Of a stretch of 64,000 bases of DNA, positions 1 to 9,775 are shown piece by piece. Source of the stretch: Lingula anatina (lineage: Eukaryota; Animalia; Brachiopoda); the NCBI GenBank assembly GCA_051362555.1, contig CM120643.1, forward strand, positions 2,232,001 to 2,296,000, written 5' to 3'. Positions within the stretch are counted from its first letter, which is position 1. Each line of letters opens with the position of its first letter. Below the pieces are notes generated by a model. It searched no databases and was not told where the DNA came from. It saw only the letters and a list, made by a program, of their open reading frames with translations. The position numbers were made by a program, and so were the translations under genes.

Positions 1-577
1 ACTTTAATTTTTTTTTTCGCTTTTCATCTTTAAAATGATCCATCTATAATGAGATCATAGATACAATGAACTTATAATGTTATTTAATTAATTAATTAAC
101 GTGATCGGCATTCAGCTCTATCTGAAATGGATTTCAACTTAGGCGACTTTTGTTTATATAAACAATATATACTATTTCGAATGAAATTTTGAATTCAACA
201 GAAAAGATAGATTATAGGATTTAAAATGATTAATCTTAAGTTCAAACCAGTACTGCTGTTGAGTAGCTATGTAGTCCAAGACGTTTTACCTACTTAACTT
301 TATTAAATTTACACAAATAACTAAAATGCGCTGACTACAATGTTAACAAACATTTCTTTAACATTAGTTTTTAAAACGGTTTTAGACATCTTGTTCATGG
401 CTGATATCTCAGTCTGTGTATATCTCTGCGGCAGTCGTGATCTTCTGAAGAATCCTTTTACGTGAGAGCGAAATAATTATGTTATCGAGAGAGAACATGT
501 GGAAACTGATATGTGGGCGGAAATTCAGTTGAATCGGAAACACATAGTATACCCGTGACTCGTGCAGTGCGGTCTAT

Positions 578-825
578 GACTGTGTTCCCATACCTAGATC
601 GATCTAACAGGATCGATCCATCTTCAAGGGGCTTATTGTTAAATTGCTTTCAGCTTAAGCAGCTTAGATGTCTGGCACGCCTACTGAAACTGCTAAACGA
701 TAATTAATTACCCCCTAGCAGCTTCTGTGGGCATGCAAGACATCTAAGCCGATTGCAATTTAGCGAGAATCTCCTTCGAGATACATCGATTCACAGCTAG
801 TACGATAGGGCCTGGAAATGGTTCT
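578..825. mobile_element. Foldback/MITE family A (other copies ~10831-11078, 31237-31485, diverged ~34975-35186, 5' part 36608-36710)
   Basis: Shared start GACTG(G/T)GTTCCCATACCTA...GATCGATC; internal inverted arms CTTAGATGTCTGGCACGCCTACTGAAACTGCTA / TAGCAGCTTCTGTGGGCATGCAAGACATCTAAG; dispersed copies in the window. Confidence 0.75.
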
Positions 826-1269
826 TATGTCACATGATAAAGGATGTAATGTCTAACTGAATAACATTTTAGCCCCAACAAAACCGTGTTTGACACTATG
901 TGAGGAGATCTACTGCGGTAGGTCTTATTACGTATTTTTATCTGGAATATTTCACTTGAGATTACTGATCAAACCAGATCAAACCAGTTGTTGAGTAACG
1001 TAATATACAGTTGTAGCACCGACACAAAGAAAGGGACGCTATTCTTCATAAATCCTTCATAGAGCAGTGAGTAACTGTTGGTTCTCTCTCTTTTATGATT
1101 TTACTTGACACACGTACCTTCGCTCCATTGAGTTTAAATTACATAAAAACATTATTTGAAGAATATTTGATTAAAAATTACAACTGAGGTACTTTATATA
1201 GAAATATAAAGAAATGTAGGAAACGTATGACGTTCACTTGGGCAAATTTGTTCCACTTTCAGCATAACA

Positions 1270-3996
1270 ATGACTAGAGTCGGTCTTCACACGGGATACT
1301 TACTCATACATGCATGCATCTTGGTTTCCACGTGGGCAGCCATGTCGGGGAAAACGTCAGTCATTGCAACCCACAATTGTGTCATCCAAGTGGACCACGG
1401 ATCAAAAGACGACACAGTAGTGAACTGTGAACAAAAAAATCTACGCATGATTCCAGTTGATCTCCCGATTACTACAACTGTTGCTTATCTTTGGAACAAT
1501 GACCTCAGGCGCATATATAAAAAGCAGATGCAATCCCTGTCGAAAATGAGAAAGTTGTATCTTGACTCGTGCAATATATCATATCTGGATAAGGACGCAT
1601 TTTACGGCCTTGGCCTTCTAGAAGTCTTGGATTTGAGTAAAAACCACCTGCATCATCCTCATGACCAAATCTTTAAGTCGCTGAAGTCTCTAATGACTCT
1701 TGATCTGTCCTTTAATAGAGACATTTTTGGACCGTCACTTACATCATTTTTCTTCAGAAGTTTGCATCGTTTGCGCAAAATTAATTTGGGAAATGTTGGG
1801 TTGCATTACATCGCAGAGGGTGTATTTGACACAAATATTCATCTAAAAGAAGTTCATCTCTTCGCCAACAGATTCCAAAATATTCCAGAGGCTATTTTCT
1901 CCAACCCTAGAATCAGTTATATCGATCTATCTAATAATCAAATACACGCTATTTGCGTAAACATCTCAACCAGCTTCTTTCGCGAAAAACTTAACCTGAG
2001 GTTGTATAGTAATCGTATATCCAAGTTATGCAGAGCAGATTTACAACCACTGTCAGTGGTTGGCCAGCTCAGCCTGGATTTGGGACGGAACAACATAACA
2101 CAGATATGTGACAACACTTTTACAGACATAAGGAATATCGGGGGACTTTCCATTTCCTTTAATCCTCTTTGTAAAACTACACTGCGGCACTCTACTCATC
2201 CAGTCAGGCCAGTTAGCTGCAAAGCATTTCAGAATTTTACCTACAGTTTAAGGAAGAGTAGACTTTCTACCTTAAATGCGCGACGTATAGGCTTGTTCTT
2301 TGATAATCTAGATCCGATTACATTCTTTCACCTACAAAATGCATCTCTAAGAAAATTAGATATAGGACAGAATCATTTAGGGCGTATGCAACCATTAACT
2401 TTTCAATTCCTGACCAATCTTACCGATTTAAAATTAGACAATTGTGGAATCAAGCCCTTTTCACTAGTAGCTGCTTTAAAGCCCCCCACAAACACGGTTA
2501 AAAAGATAGATTTTAGTTACAACAATCTGGATACAAATATTCTTGTTGGTACACTTAACGCATGTCCACACTTAACTGAACTCCGTTTTATAAACAAGTT
2601 GGATTCCTTTAAACCGCGTAAGCAAATGCATTATTACGCTGAGGATCACTCAAGTATAAAGAGCTTGGAGTTTAGGCCTAATAAACCAAATGGAATTGAA
2701 TCTTTTGTCTTCAAAAACCTGTCGTCCTTGGAAGAGCTTACCGTCAATGAACTTAATGGGGTAGGATATTCCTTCTTCAATTTGAAAAAGCTAAAGCTTC
2801 CAGATTTACAACAATTACAGATCTTAGACCTGTCCAGAAACAATGCATACTTACATTGTGACATACAGAGCGCAGATTACTTCAAAGGAATGCCAAATCT
2901 TCGAGATTTACAGATGCATTATAACAGGCTGTATCTAACCAATGCCCCAACACTCCGTGTTATGTTCCAATCCCTTTACAATGTGACATATTTAGATTTA
3001 AGTAGTAACTTGTTATCGGAACTTCCAGTGGGAATGTTTGACTCTATGGTGCGCCTTAGAACTCTACGTCTTTCAAGAAACAAACTGCAGACTATTCCCA
3101 AGGGACTATTCAGAAACTTGAATCAACTTCAAACCTTGCAACTCTCCTCTAATTCCATATCAAACATCCAAGATGGTGCCTTCGATGGCTTAGTATCGTT
3201 ACGTGTACTGAAAATGGGCAATAATAAGTTAATCTGTGACGGCAATATACGGTGGTTTCAGCAATATTTTCAGAGATTTGACCAGGAGGACTCAGAAAAG
3301 TTTTGCTTTGGAACTACTACATCAAAGAGTATTCCAATCACTGAGTTCAAACCTGACTGGTGGCAGTGTGATAACACCACGACGAAGGTTGTGGTCAGTA
3401 TCCTTGGGGTGGTACTATGCATGTGTTTTATAGCTGGTATTGTTTACTATGCAAGATGGGACATTACATTCGCTTTGGTCGTCAGGTTCGGGTGGCGATG
3501 CTGTGCTAAGATTCCACAAGATGCTGACGTCAACCTTGTGAAGATATTCGACGCCTTTGTATCTTATAGTTTACTGGATACGACCTGGGTTGCCGCCGAG
3601 CTGATCCCAAATCTGGAAAATGACGAACAATTCAATTTTCGTCTTTGTGTCCATGAGCGCAATTTCCTTCCCGGCAACTCTATTGTAGAAAGTGTTGAAG
3701 GAGCCATGGACGGCAGTTACAGTGTCATTTTCTGGATTACTCAAAACTTTCTGGAAAGTGAGGTTTGTGATTTGGAACTGAATTTGGCCAAGACTAAGCT
3801 CTTTGAACGAAGGATTCGCTCGGTTATTTTCATATTTGAAGAACGTTTTGATAAAACCCAACTACCGCAGCCAATGGGGATTATGATACGACATTGCCAA
3901 TGTCTTTACTGGCCAGACCAGCGGCTGCGCAAAAGGGACATTTTCTGGAAAAGACTGAAGCTTGCCTTGTTGGAAAACAGACCAAAAGAAAACTGA
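1270..3996 (+). CDS. Toll-like receptor, copy A (signal peptide, LRR-NT, LRR array, LRR-CT, transmembrane helix, TIR); coding sequence intronless
   Basis: 908-aa ORF with repeated LxxLxLxxN motifs, TM segment VVVSILGVVLCMCFIAGIVYY, TIR box1 FDAFVSYS, BB-loop HERNFLPG and box3 FWKRLKLAL. Probable 5'UTR intron 1067-1262 (GTGAGT...TTTCAG just before the ATG). Confidence 0.97.
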   Translation: MTRVGLHTGYLLIHACILVSTWAAMSGKTSVIATHNCVIQVDHGSKDDTVVNCEQKNLRMIPVDLPITTTVAYLWNNDLRRIYKKQMQSLSKMRKLYLDSCNISYLDKDAFYGLGLLEVLDLSKNHLHHPHDQIFKSLKSLMTLDLSFNRDIFGPSLTSFFFRSLHRLRKINLGNVGLHYIAEGVFDTNIHLKEVHLFANRFQNIPEAIFSNPRISYIDLSNNQIHAICVNISTSFFREKLNLRLYSNRISKLCRADLQPLSVVGQLSLDLGRNNITQICDNTFTDIRNIGGLSISFNPLCKTTLRHSTHPVRPVSCKAFQNFTYSLRKSRLSTLNARRIGLFFDNLDPITFFHLQNASLRKLDIGQNHLGRMQPLTFQFLTNLTDLKLDNCGIKPFSLVAALKPPTNTVKKIDFSYNNLDTNILVGTLNACPHLTELRFINKLDSFKPRKQMHYYAEDHSSIKSLEFRPNKPNGIESFVFKNLSSLEELTVNELNGVGYSFFNLKKLKLPDLQQLQILDLSRNNAYLHCDIQSADYFKGMPNLRDLQMHYNRLYLTNAPTLRVMFQSLYNVTYLDLSSNLLSELPVGMFDSMVRLRTLRLSRNKLQTIPKGLFRNLNQLQTLQLSSNSISNIQDGAFDGLVSLRVLKMGNNKLICDGNIRWFQQYFQRFDQEDSEKFCFGTTTSKSIPITEFKPDWWQCDNTTTKVVVSILGVVLCMCFIAGIVYYARWDITFALVVRFGWRCCAKIPQDADVNLVKIFDAFVSYSLLDTTWVAAELIPNLENDEQFNFRLCVHERNFLPGNSIVESVEGAMDGSYSVIFWITQNFLESEVCDLELNLAKTKLFERRIRSVIFIFEERFDKTQLPQPMGIMIRHCQCLYWPDQRLRKRDIFWKRLKLALLENRPKEN

Positions 3997-5372
3997 TTGG
4001 TTATTTTCAATGTCAGAACATGTTGCCTTTGCTTTATTCACCTTATTTCTTTTTATTTGAAAACTGTTTTATATCAACCTGTTAATAACTGCTAGTTTGA
4101 GAAAGGTGGCCAGCTTTGTAGTATAGAAAAGAAATTTGATTTGCTTACGTTGTTGACGCACTTTGTAAATTTAAAGTGCTTGTTATTTTAATGCCATGTA
4201 ATAAATTTTGAGCTCACTGTGCTCAACTCTGCAAACGAGCAATCTATGAACATTAATTCTTTTTAAACATTACATTGTGCACCGGTAGATTGAGCTACCG
4301 ACTGCGATAGTAATTAACTGATAACAGTTTAAGAAAGCATTGGAATTGGGCATTGGAAGTCACAGGAAGAATGCTGTCTCCCGTGGGTCCGCGCAAATTA
4401 CCTATTGCATGATAAATAGATAAATAAAAAGGATATCACGATGATGCATCTATGAAGATCTTACAACTTTTTTTAGAACATTTTTAAAAGATACATACTG
4501 TGCATTGATCTGAGCCAAATTGAACTTTAAATGAATTAACAGCAGTTTGGCAGAGAGATTATTTAAAGATGCATTTGAACTCAGTGTCAGTGGGGTATGA
4601 AGTCACAGTTATGCATATAAAACAATTCTACTATATGCAGTTTGTTATACGACTCAATTCAACATGCGAATTAAGGTAACAAGGAATTACGGTAAAAAGG
4701 CTCTTAGTGCACGACCAGCTAAAGCAAGCTTAAAAATGCACCTTTTTCAAATTGGTCGTAATACCGGTAGCGCCTACTTTTCTGATCTACTTATCTGCAT
4801 TGAAACACAGCACAAAATCAAGTAAAAAAAATCGTTTTTAGGGTAATATGAAACAATGAAGTTATACTTTGGAACTCTACGGTGACATTTGGTCGGCTTT
4901 TAAGGAAGAAATTGACTTCAAACGCGTTTTTAATTGAACATTACTTACGAGATTACATCTGAGTGGTGCTGGTTTATAGGGGAACGAATTGAAAACGAAT
5001 CAGCCATTTTCACTGAGTGTATACTACAAAACATTGTCTTCTTTACCTTAACGTTCTCACGAATATAATTTAAGAATAATAAAAAATGCTATACCAAAGA
5101 TATCAGTGACCGTAGAAAAAGTATGAGGAAATGTGAGTAATATGTTATTGCATTGAAGTTCAAACATTGTACATCACACGACGTGATATATTTTATTTCT
5201 TACATATATCATAACCTTTCACAGTATATTGACAGTAAAACACTTTTCGAAACATGTTAGCTTATTGCTGTCGTTTTCTTATTTAGAAATATTTGTATTG
5301 AAAAAGTGTATTAAATAAAATTCTCCTACAATGTTTCCAAAATAATAATAATAAGAATAATAACGAGAACCA

Positions 5373-5593
5373 AACCTCCACCAAGGCAGCAATTATATAT
5401 TATTAATGATAATTATTATTACTATTGATCCGGATCACCACCAAAAACTAATCACTTCTTAAACCATTTCTGACCTACCCTGAAAATTTCATCAAGATTG
5501 GTCCATAACTTTTTGAGTTATGTTGATGACAAACAAACAGACAGGCAGACAGACAAACAGGGGTTAAAACATAACCTCCTTGGCGGAGGTAAT
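5373..5593 (-). mobile_element. Non-autonomous Helitron/Helentron-like (HINE/DINE-1-type) element
   Basis: Minus-strand start TTACCTCCGCCAAGGAGGTTATGTTTT followed by a GTCT/GTTT microsatellite; homologous to the copy at ~51690. Confidence 0.6.
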
Positions 5594-5603
5594 AATAATA
5601 ATG

Positions 5604-5646
<43 letters not shown>

Positions 5647-5695
5647 TAAAGCATACTCTGCCTCGTTCTATGGAGCTCCCAGGAAATAAAAGTTA

Positions 5696-6714
5696 GTCCA
5701 CACTTTTTAATTTTTATGGATGACATCCTGCGCGCGCACCGATTGCCTCACCGGTTGTCTCAAACGTCATTATTATATCGGCAATCCTCGGCTAATTCCG
5801 CAACTCCATACTGTCATCGTTGACTGCGGAGACATCCGAGTGGTTCCGAGTGCGGAAAATTAGCTTTCTGCGCTAGCGTATTATCACCTAGTGGAAATAT
5901 GGCCACTTTGCCGTCAAATTCATCTCTAGCATTAATTTCAAAATACACGTCAATTAAAGTCATAAAGAGAACGGGGGCCTTCGTTTTGGATTGGTTTGCC
6001 ATTGATATTGGACATGGAGATATCAACCTTTTACAATTATACGAAAGGCGGGCCGCGGCCAGCGATCATCGCCCGGAAAATTTCAGTGACATTCTGATGG
6101 TTCTGTCCAAAGCAGCACATACAATTTTTTTTTTTTTTTTTTTTGTTTTTTTTTTGTTTTTTTTTTTTTTTTGTAGCGAAAAAAGGGTCGACAAGAGCAT
6201 CGTGGTATTTGGTGGACTGAAGATCGGACAGGCCATCGGACAGCCATAGTTGGCTGCTAGGTGTGAGTCGAAGTAGACAAAATGGCATCGACCGAAATTA
6301 ACTTTTTTAGATTTGGTAGTAGGAAGCATAGGCCTATCTTTGCTGCATTTTTAACAATTCTGTGAAGTGTTTACAATGCTTTAATTTTTTGAGAGTACAA
6401 ATAAAGACACGATGTTTATTTGATATTTGTTTTATTGATTGCTATACCAACAGAATGCATGAAATAACCTTAAATTGATTTGGTAATTTGCAGCATATAT
6501 ATTCATGACTTTTTACCTTTCTAAGAAGTAAGCCCTATTTACAATGCTTTAATATTTTATGAGCATGGACAAAGACATATTGCTAGTTAGATACGTGTTT
6601 CTGTGGTAAATTAGTGTTTCTTAAGCAGTTTTTTTCTGTTTTTTTTTTTCGCCAACTCGCACTGATTTTGGGGTCCCCAGAGGATGTCATCCATAAAAAT
6701 CAAAAAGTGTGGCC
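5696..6714. mobile_element. Non-autonomous DNA transposon, about 1 kb
   Basis: ~34-bp TIR G(T/G)CCACACTTTTT(A/G)ATTTTTATGGATGACATCCT at both ends, flanked by TTA on each side; no transposase ORF; superfamily uncertain. Confidence 0.8.
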
Positions 6715-6848
6715 TTACACTGGGCCCGTGACAGCATGGTAGCTGCATCATTTATTAGTAAAATTACTAGGGGGCAAAAGGACATATATGTTATGATAGA
6801 TAAGGCACTAAGAGTGATAAATGAAAATTTCTGTCCAAATATGGATTC

Positions 6849-6921
6849 GGTTCAAGAGTGTAGTGGTTATCACGCTCGCCTCATACGCGAGAGGTTCTGG
6901 GTTTGAACCCCAGTTGAATCA
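6849..6921 (+). pseudogene. tRNA-Val-derived pseudogene with anticodon CAT
   Basis: 73 nt; Val-type D arm AGTGTAGTGGTTATCAC; anticodon stem CTCGC/GCGAG with loop CTCATAC; mutated B box (GTTTGAA). Confidence 0.75.
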
Positions 6922-7070
6922 TCTTAAACACATTTTTCACAAAAACCATAAAATTCATATTGACAGTGTTAAGTTAATAGGACCAATTGAACCACAGTTG
7001 AATCATTTTAAACACATTTTTCACAAAAACCATAAAATTCATATTGACAGTGTTAAGTTAATAGGGCCAA
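6903..7070 (+). repeat. 84-bp tandem duplication starting in the tRNA 3' end
   Basis: TTGAACC(C/A)CAGTTGAATCAT...GTTAAGTTAATAGG(A/G)CCAA occurs twice. Confidence 0.9.
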
Positions 7071-7235
7071 TGATAAACGTGGGGAGCATTATATGTTTAA
7101 AATCATTTGATTGCAGTAGCTGCACCAGCTGTGTATTGTATCTTCTCCGTCACAATCATATTCCACGTGACTATATGTTGGATCTCAACGTGCTCTATAA
7201 CGCCACAAGTAAAGCCAAACGTAAAATAAAAGCAC

Positions 7236-7409
7236 TAGGCCCGTAGCCAGCAATTTCAAAGGTTTTTTTTTTTTTTTTTTTTTTTGAAAAAGTGGACCTT
7301 TAACCATATAATCCTCATGTACCAAGGTCAAATTTTACCCTGATTGGACCTTTTACCAGCAAAAAGGGGGGTCCTTTCGAACCCCCCGACCCCCCTGGCT
7401 ACGGGCCTG
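7236..7409. mobile_element. hAT-like MITE (related ends near 17096-17262, 26749-26918, 61697)
   Basis: TIR (T/C)AGGCCCGTAGCCAG ... CTGGCTACGGGCCTG; no clean 8-bp TSD. Confidence 0.6.
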
Positions 7410-8060
7410 AGCACCTGAAGTCACATAGATAAGAGCAACGTTTTTATACCTATTCTCTTTTTGTACTGGCTTTAACGGTTTAGTTTAAAACGTCACGGTG
7501 TGTGCCGCCTTTAATACCATTGAACTATTTAACGTCATAGATGAAGCAAACTTTTTCCTACTGACCGATAGTAAAAGAAAGTCATCTATCTACAAACGTT
7601 CCGTGCCAGCTTCTCAGACAAGGTCTAGTGGACATGATGAACGTCCTAAATTAACATTATATACGGGATAACATCTGAGTGTCGCTGGTCTATTGGAGGA
7701 AAGTATCAAAAACAAAGCCATCTTTTTCAATGTATCCTGCAAAATGTTCTCTTTACCTTTACGTTCTCACGAAAATAATATAAGAATAATAATAATATAT
7801 TCATTATACCAAAGACATCAGTGGGCGCGGACAATGTATGAGGAAATGTGAGTAATATGATATTGCATTAAATGTGACACTTAGTACATCACGCGACGTG
7901 ATAAATTTCATACAAATATCATAGCTTTTCTTCATATACTGACAGTAGAACACGTCTTCAAACATGTTATTTAGATGTTGTCGTTTTCTTTTGTGGAAAT
8001 ATTTGGGAACAAACATCTATCAAATGAAATTCCACTATTAATTTTTCTGAAACAATGTAC

Positions 8061-8109
<49 letters not shown>

Positions 8110-8249
8110 GCCACACGACATCATGGTGAGTAAACCCAATGCTGCTAAAAACATAAAATTTAGCTGCACCATTTGTTGGAAAATTATTTTAAAAGATGAA
8201 AGAACACAGAGACATTAATTCAAGATAATGCTTCTCTCTACAGCGTATC

Positions 8250-8326
8250 GGTTTAATAGTGTACTGGCTATCACGTTCGCCTCACATGCGTGAGGTCCTG
8301 GGTTAGAATGTACCCCAGTTGAACCA
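8250..8326 (+). pseudogene. tRNA-Val(CAC) pseudogene
   Basis: Paralog of 6849-6921; anticodon loop CTCACAT; 4-nt insertion in the T loop; damaged A and B boxes. Confidence 0.7.
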
Positions 8327-8334
8327 GTCTAATC

Positions 8335-8389
<55 letters not shown>

Positions 8390-9344
8390 AATCGTTATAA
8401 AATGCATTTCGCAGAGTTTACTAAATTGATACGCTGAGCAGTGTGGTATTTAATGTATTTTCAATCAGTTGATTGCAGTAGCTGCACCTTATGTCTGTTA
8501 GATATTCTCTGTCACAATCAACACTCCACGTGACTCTGTTGTTATGTAAGACCATGTCATGAAGAAGCGAACTGCAGTTCTGACGTCTAGTATCTTTTGA
8601 AAGTTTTAAAAATGAAATGTAAGTTTTGGTCATAAATGGGTTTGTGTCTGAAGCAAATTTAGATTACATAGTAGAAATGTGAACAGGTGTAGCTAGGTGT
8701 ATTGGTTTATGTCCACCTGTCTACCTTGGAAGAAGGGCTACGTTTCTTAATTGTAACCACTTCTTTCGGCAGTTTTCTTTGGCAGGTTCGCAAATGAGTA
8801 ACAATAGAGCTTAATTACCAGGGCTCTCAAGGAAGGGAATTGAAAATTGAAAATATACTGACTTGACATGTAATATGAAATATTTCAGTTTCGAAGGTAT
8901 ACCTAGGTAAAAAATACGTTCTTTTTTCAAAAAACTCCGATCTCATATAAGATTTATGAATGTAATAGTGTGCAGTCAGGTGTGTCACTACCAATTAACT
9001 GACTTTCATGCCTGTTGCGCTGCTACATTATGTAATTTGCAGTGATTTAATTGGGTACTGCAGATTTATTCTATGGCTAATTTTTCTTGTGCAATCTTTG
9101 TGTATGTCTCAATGGAATATTTCAGCACTTATTTTTTTCTCCATTTTTAGAATAAATGGCATAAGAATGAATTGTTTTCGCATAAATATTTCAAACAAAT
9201 ATTTATGAACCTGCAAAGATTCTACGGACACAGAACCGAAAGGCAAGAGCGCACGCTTCAACCTTGTGATGACCTTGCAAATGTCCCACGAGAATCCTAC
9301 CTCCAAAACAATTTTGACCACTCTGTGTGGCAAGATAATCTTAT

Positions 9345-9775
9345 ACTCTGCCGAACAATGCCTGTTCTTTCTTTCTACATCTGTTTGAAGATGGATGGAG
9401 AGGCCAAGATGGAGCCACCGATCAATACAGAGAATTTACTTGCTGGAGGAGCGCTGATCTTGATCTTCATGGTCGGTGGGGCCAGGGCGCAGATCTCCTT
9501 CTGCATGCGGTCGGCAATGCCCGGGTACATATGCATGGTGCTGCTTCCAGACAGCACGGTGTTGGCGTACAAGTCTTTACGGATGTCCACGTCACATTTC
9601 ATGATAGAGTTGTAGACGGTCTCATGCACGCCGGCCGACTCCATGCCGAGGAACGAAGGCTGGAACATGGCCTCCGGGCACCCAAACCTTTCGTTGCCGA
9701 TGGTGTCCGTCAGGCAGCTCGTAGCTCTTCTCCGCGGAGCTGGAGGACGCGGCCGTCAGCATATCCTGCTCGAAG
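9345..9775 (-). pseudogene. Actin pseudogene fragment (C-terminal third)
   Basis: EKSYELPDG...[40 protein letters not shown]...[10 protein letters not shown], with a frameshifting deletion after LPDG, a 2-codon insertion and a premature stop; intronless and GC-rich against AT-rich flanks. Confidence 0.95.

Noticed and set aside
513-707. 64-aa ORF repeated identically at 10766-10960
   Set aside because: Non-ATG start, overlaps MITE family A, and the identity is explained by the duplication.
943-956. NF-kB-like site TGGAATATTTCA upstream of the TLRs
   Set aside because: Does not match GGGRNNYYCC; expected by chance in AT-rich DNA.
5475-6329. Poly-Y, poly-N, poly-F and poly-K ORFs
   Set aside because: Translations of (AAT)n and poly-T tracts; the same applies to ORFs at 18448-18807, 27891-28188 and 48235-48592.
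6821-7246. 141-aa ORF with an internal repeat
   Set aside because: Read-through of the tRNA pseudogene and the 84-bp tandem duplication.
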